The notes under the pieces: model-generated | What the model was told of the DNA's origin: nothing | Database searches by the model: none | What the model saw: only the letters and a program-made list of their open reading frames with translations | Translations under genes and position numbers: made by a program | Part shown: piece after piece, positions 59,663 to 64,000 of the stretch | How positions within the stretch are numbered: the stretch's first letter is position 1 | Layout of the letters: every line of letters begins with the position of its first letter | NCBI GenBank assembly: GCA_964016885.1 | Contig: CAXHJY010000850.1 | Location: 14,052 to 78,051 of the forward strand | Origin: Eledone cirrhosa | Taxonomy: Eukaryota | Reading direction: 5' to 3' | DNA: 64,000 nucleotides

Positions 59663-60245
59663 TTGTGTCAGGTCACCAGTTGGTGCTACTGGTAACATGT
59701 ATCCCAGTACAACCTGTCCCATGGTCGGGTCGTTGGCGACTAAACTGGCAACCCCACCAAGGTTTCTTGGTGAGGAGGGTGACTTTGGACATCCTGCAGG
59801 ACTAAAAACAAAACCTGTCAAAGGGCAAAGGAGCTCTTTAGAGTCAATGGCCATCCCAAATCACTGGGAGAGATGACACCTTAGCCTTTGTCAAAGCAGA
59901 ATTCTAGGAGAAGGAAAACTCTGATATAACACCTGCAACCCTGATGGTATCCAATGATGTTGACTTGTTCTACTTTTTGGTAAATATTATCTTGGTTAAG
60001 AGAGTGGGACTGGCTTTGTGCAGTGCCTTTGCTCACTATAAAAGCTTCATGGCACAGGCATTGCTTTATATCTGGATCTCTCTGCACTTGTCCCAGCAAT
60101 AATTGTCACAAGTGTAGTGTTTGTACCAGAGTTTTCAAGTCGCTGGCTGGACTAAAAAGTCACACTCGTTGAGTGCATTGGTAGGGGTTCTCCTACATGG
60201 ATATAAAGTAGTGGCCGTACTCGAAAACGAGTTGGCAGCCACCAT
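59663..60245 (+). mobile_element. Short (~580 bp) RTE-derived bipartite non-autonomous retroelement
   Basis: 5'UTR-like part plus a 3' end with a C2H2 remnant and the stem-loop CTCG-AAAA-CGAG before GCAGCCACCAT(AT)n; second copy at 41173-41773. Confidence 0.75.
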
Positions 60246-60571
60246 ATATATATATATGTATATGTAAATATATATGTATATATAGATATATGTATATATA
60301 TATGTATATATAGATATATGTATATATATATGTATATATAGATATATGTATAGATATATGTGTATATATATATATATATGTATATGTATATATGTATATA
60401 TATATAAGTATATATATATATTGTTATACTTTGGGAGGGTCATGTTGCCAATCAGAAACACACGCACCAGTTGCTTTCACTTCAATTTATTATAATAAAT
60501 TTATAAATTTAGGAATTTATAAATTTCCGGTTGGTTGGTTGGTTCCACAACCAGATGGTTGTTTATATATT

Positions 60572-60614
60572 GTCAAAGTTCTTTCGTCACACATTCTGTG
60601 ACGTCTTCAGTGAC
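60572..60614 (-). ncRNA. Minimal type I hammerhead ribozyme in the Penelope pLTR
   Basis: GUCA-CUGAAGA-C-GUCACA-GAAUG-UGUGAC-GAAA-G-AA-C-UU|UGAC, on the same strand as and ~200 bp downstream of the GIY-YIG stop. Confidence 0.8.
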
Positions 60615-60813
60615 TAGGGCTTCTTTTCTTTGTTTGTGTGCCTCTCCTTTGTTCTGTCCTACGCCATCTTGTTTCTGTGTGTGTGTTGTGTGCTCAGTCT
60701 GCGCATGCGCCACATCCGGGTGTCTGTGTGTGTTTATATTCGTTTATTTATTTGTTTATTTACATGTTACAGGTTGGTTGTTTGTTCTATGTGCGTTTGT
60801 GTTTTCATTTTAC

Positions 60814-61672
60814 TTAATTGTAAGTTGTGATGTTGCTGTTCCACTCATGTTTTCTATTTAATTTTGGTTGTAATTCTTTTATGTTTATTGCCTCTGTGAT
60901 TTGTCTAAACATTGCGTCTTTTCTGTGTGTAGATTCTATTTTTATATCTATGTTCTCTAATTTACCATTATGTTCTATTTTAGCATGTTTGTAGAGTACA
61001 GATGATTCTTTACTATCTTGAAGGTCTCGCCAGTGTTCATTTATCCGTTCCCCTACACTACGAGCTGTCTCACCTATGTACACTATATGTTTGTCTCTAC
61101 ATTATCCTTCAGTACATCTTATGCTATATACTACATTTCTAGTTTTACAGTTAATATGGGGGCTTAATTTACAGGTTATACATTTCTTATCTATACAGGG
61201 GTGTCTTTGAAAAGGGTATGTCTTGCTAATAAGTGTTTTTTCCGAAGGTACCTGGTCTTTCTACTATCTTAATATTTAGTTTATGTTTGTCTAGGGCCCT
61301 TCTAAATGTGTAAGCTAATTCACCTCTAGGGGTTGTATCGATGAACATTACACTCTGGTATTTATTGCTATCATACCATGAGTTTATTCTATTAGCCTTA
61401 TTCCTAGTTCTTTCTATTCTATTCCAAAATTTGCTCCTATACAAGGGGCAGGTCCCATTTGTGTCATTATTTACCATTTTTTCCCATTTGGTTCTGGCTC
61501 CTCTATACACTCTGATTTTATCTCTCTGTTTGTAACCAGAGAACTGCATACGGTGGATGAAGTGTTGTATGTGTCTCTCTAGTTCTTCGGGGTTGCACAT
61601 GCGGGACACGTGTCTCATCACCCGTACCAAATCCGCAATCAGTATGTTGATTTTGGTATGGTCCGAAACAGC
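60814..61672 (-). pseudogene. Penelope ORF C-terminal part (thumb, Zn-linker, GIY-YIG endonuclease)
   Basis: ORFs 61226-61630 and 60814-61083 are joined by a frameshift and one TAA stop; NVVY...YIGET, R..EH, E and N motifs are present. Confidence 0.9.
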
Positions 61673-62454
61673 AGGTAATAATTACCTAGACACATATGAC
61701 CTTAGCAACCCGTGCCCTACAAGACCAGCAAGAGGCAGACCACCTACCATTACCTCAATGGCCAAGAAAACCCACACAGATAGATGGAACGGGTGGACCA
61801 GAGCCATACGGACACCCGAAAACCACGATGAACTAAAGAAAATGATTGGACAGGCGGTGGGGCCAGCATAAAATTAACCCTTAAGGAACATATGTTCAAA
61901 TTTAATGGAAAAACATATGCCCAAGAAAAAGGAGCAGCCATTGGTGTTAGCATAGCAGCGGACATAGCTAACTTATTCATGGTATGGTGGGACAGTAGAC
62001 TTAAACTTAAACTTAAAGAACAATTAGAAGACTCCTTAACCCTGATAATGTACTCTCGCTACGTTGATGATATAAACATCGTAGTTAAAACACCCCCCAC
62101 TAGAGAACAGTCAGGAATTAGAGAAAAACACAATGGAAAGCATCCAGCAAATAGCTAACTCCATCCACCAGAGTATTAGAGTTACTATAGACTACCCAAG
62201 TAAACACCCCAACGATTACCTGTGCTAGACACAGAGCTCTGGTTAGATACCATTAATAACAAATCCTCCATTCCCATTATGCCAAACCAATGACTTGCAA
62301 ATATCTGATCCACCGAAACTCAGCTGTTTCGGATCACACCAAAATCAACATACTGATTGCGGATTTGGTACGGGTGACGAGAAACGTGTTCCGCATGTGC
62401 AACCCCGAAGAACTAGAGAGACACATACAACACTTCATCCACCGTATGCAGTTC
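61673..62454 (+). pseudogene. Penelope reverse transcriptase fragment (inverted segment)
   Basis: F.FNG..Y.Q..G..IG, RYVDD, LPVLD and HYAKPM motifs with frameshifts. Confidence 0.88.
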
Positions 62455-62732
62455 GGCAACACTCATCTTTTTCCATTTCTCTGAGGGTTATAAACCCCAC
62501 TATCAGGCTAGATATTTCTTTAGTCTAAAATACGGTGAAAGCTTATAATTTCTAATTTCAAACTCGCGCACCGTTTCAAAAAAACATACATGTTTACGTT
62601 TATAATTTGCTTGTTATATATATGTAGATATATATGTATATATATATGTATATATATATGTATATATATATATGTATATATATATGTATATATCTGTGTA
62701 TATATATATATATGTATATATATGTATATATC

Positions 62733-62775
<43 letters not shown>

Positions 62776-62784
62776 CTATGTATG

Positions 62785-62870
<86 letters not shown>

Positions 62871-62871
62871 G

Positions 62872-62904
<33 letters not shown>

Positions 62905-63113
62905 GATATATATATATATGTATATATATATATGTATATATATATATATGTATATATATTTATGTATATATATATATATGTATATATGTATATATATATG
63001 TATCTATATATGTATATATATATGTATAATATATAAGGGAGAGAATTGGGAGTGTGTAACATGTATATATATATATATGTATATATGTGTATATATATAT
63101 GTATATATCTATG

Positions 63114-63193
<80 letters not shown>

Positions 63194-63194
63194 G

Positions 63195-63234
<40 letters not shown>

Positions 63235-63541
63235 GTAATATATATATGTATATATATATATATGTATATATATTTATGTATATATATATGTATATGTATA
63301 TATGTATATGTATATATATGTATCTATATATGTATATATATATGTATAATATATAAGGGAGAGAATTGGGAGTGTGTAACACTCACTTATCAAATAGGCA
63401 GTATATGGTTAGCTCAATGTCAGAGGACAGAGCCGTAATACAATTAACAACAAAGAGCGCTTAGAACATGCAACCTTCCCAGCATATGCTCCTGCTTGTG
63501 ATACGGATACACCTTGTTAACCAATTAATTCTTGCCTGAGT

Positions 63542-63678
63542 GCTCAACTCTATGAGTGCACATCTGTTGTATTGAACTTTGGAGTGTGAACTTTTTCGGA
63601 TTGCCCAACCGCTCAACTCTATGAATGCACACCTGTGGATTGAACTTTGGAGTGTGAACTTTTGGGACTGTCCAACCT
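63542..63678. repeat. 69-bp tandem duplication
   Basis: GCTCAACTCTATGA at 63542 and 63611, each followed by ATTGAACTTTGGAGTGTGAACTTTT. Confidence 0.8.
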
Positions 63679-64000
63679 GGGATGTTTCCATTGCATTGTA
63701 ATGGTCCACTCAATCTAGTGCGGACATAGCATCTGTTCATAAAAAATCTCATTCGAACAGTCTATTGTTGAACTGCGGCTAACTGCAACACCTAAGGCGT
63801 TCGTGTGCCCCTGATATATTCCATATATCACCATGAGTCAACACTAGTGTCACCTTAGGATTTCTATAATAACATTATTATTACATGCCCTAATAATTAC
63901 CATCATGATTACCCTTATTACATCCTTTTACCCCCAGTTACCCCAGTTACATCTTTATAAATATGCATTACTTGGACTGATATGTGTATATATATATATA

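Larger units (their letters stand above)
60417..62454 (-). mobile_element. Penelope-like element (C-terminal GIY-YIG with Cys-rich linker, Neptune-like), 5'-truncated and inverted
   Basis: Minus 60814-61672: thumb/linker, CIDKKCITC..NCKTRNVVYSIRC..YIGETARSVGERINEH..RQITEAINIKELQPKLN. Plus 61673-62454: RT FKFNGKTYAQEKGAAIG...YSRYVDD...DYPSKHP. pLTR with a hammerhead downstream. Confidence 0.92.

Noticed and set aside
61100-61106. In-frame stop in the Penelope Cys-rich region as selenocysteine recoding
   Set aside because: The codon is TAA, not TGA, and other frameshifts show ordinary decay.
62700-63381. ~320-bp duplication ending in AAGGGAGAGAATTGGGAGTGTGTAACA
   Set aside because: Simple local tandem duplication within microsatellite (or an assembly artefact); no functional signal.

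Overview
Repeat-dominated eukaryotic genomic DNA. The huge (TA)n/(TATG)n/(CA)n microsatellite fields and the SINE types suggest a coleoid cephalopod (Octopus-like); this is inferred, not proven. No intact host gene is evident, and nearly all Y/I/C/V/H/T-rich ORFs in the track are microsatellite artefacts. Between the microsatellites lie: (1) a near full-length CR1-group/Proto2-like LINE (minus, ~1038-4710) with a Myb/trihelix-like + CCCH ORF1, a complete set of APE catalytic motifs and a deleted RT core; (2) a Penelope-like element (60.5-62.5 kb) with GIY-YIG, RT, a 5' inversion-duplication and a hammerhead ribozyme; (3) a 310-bp x2.7 identical tandem repeat with a type I hammerhead in each unit, i.e. 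retrozyme/circRNA-like architecture (29234-30076); (4) several further intact or degenerate hammerhead-like motifs and fold-back palindromes in TA tracts; (5) two tRNA-derived SINE families, RTE/Vingi/Tx1 LINE 3' fragments and a bipartite RTE-derived element; (6) hAT and Tc1/mariner MITEs, a Helitron fold-back junction and several minisatellites; (7) probable remnants of a mucin-like membrane-protein gene (45.7-55 kb).
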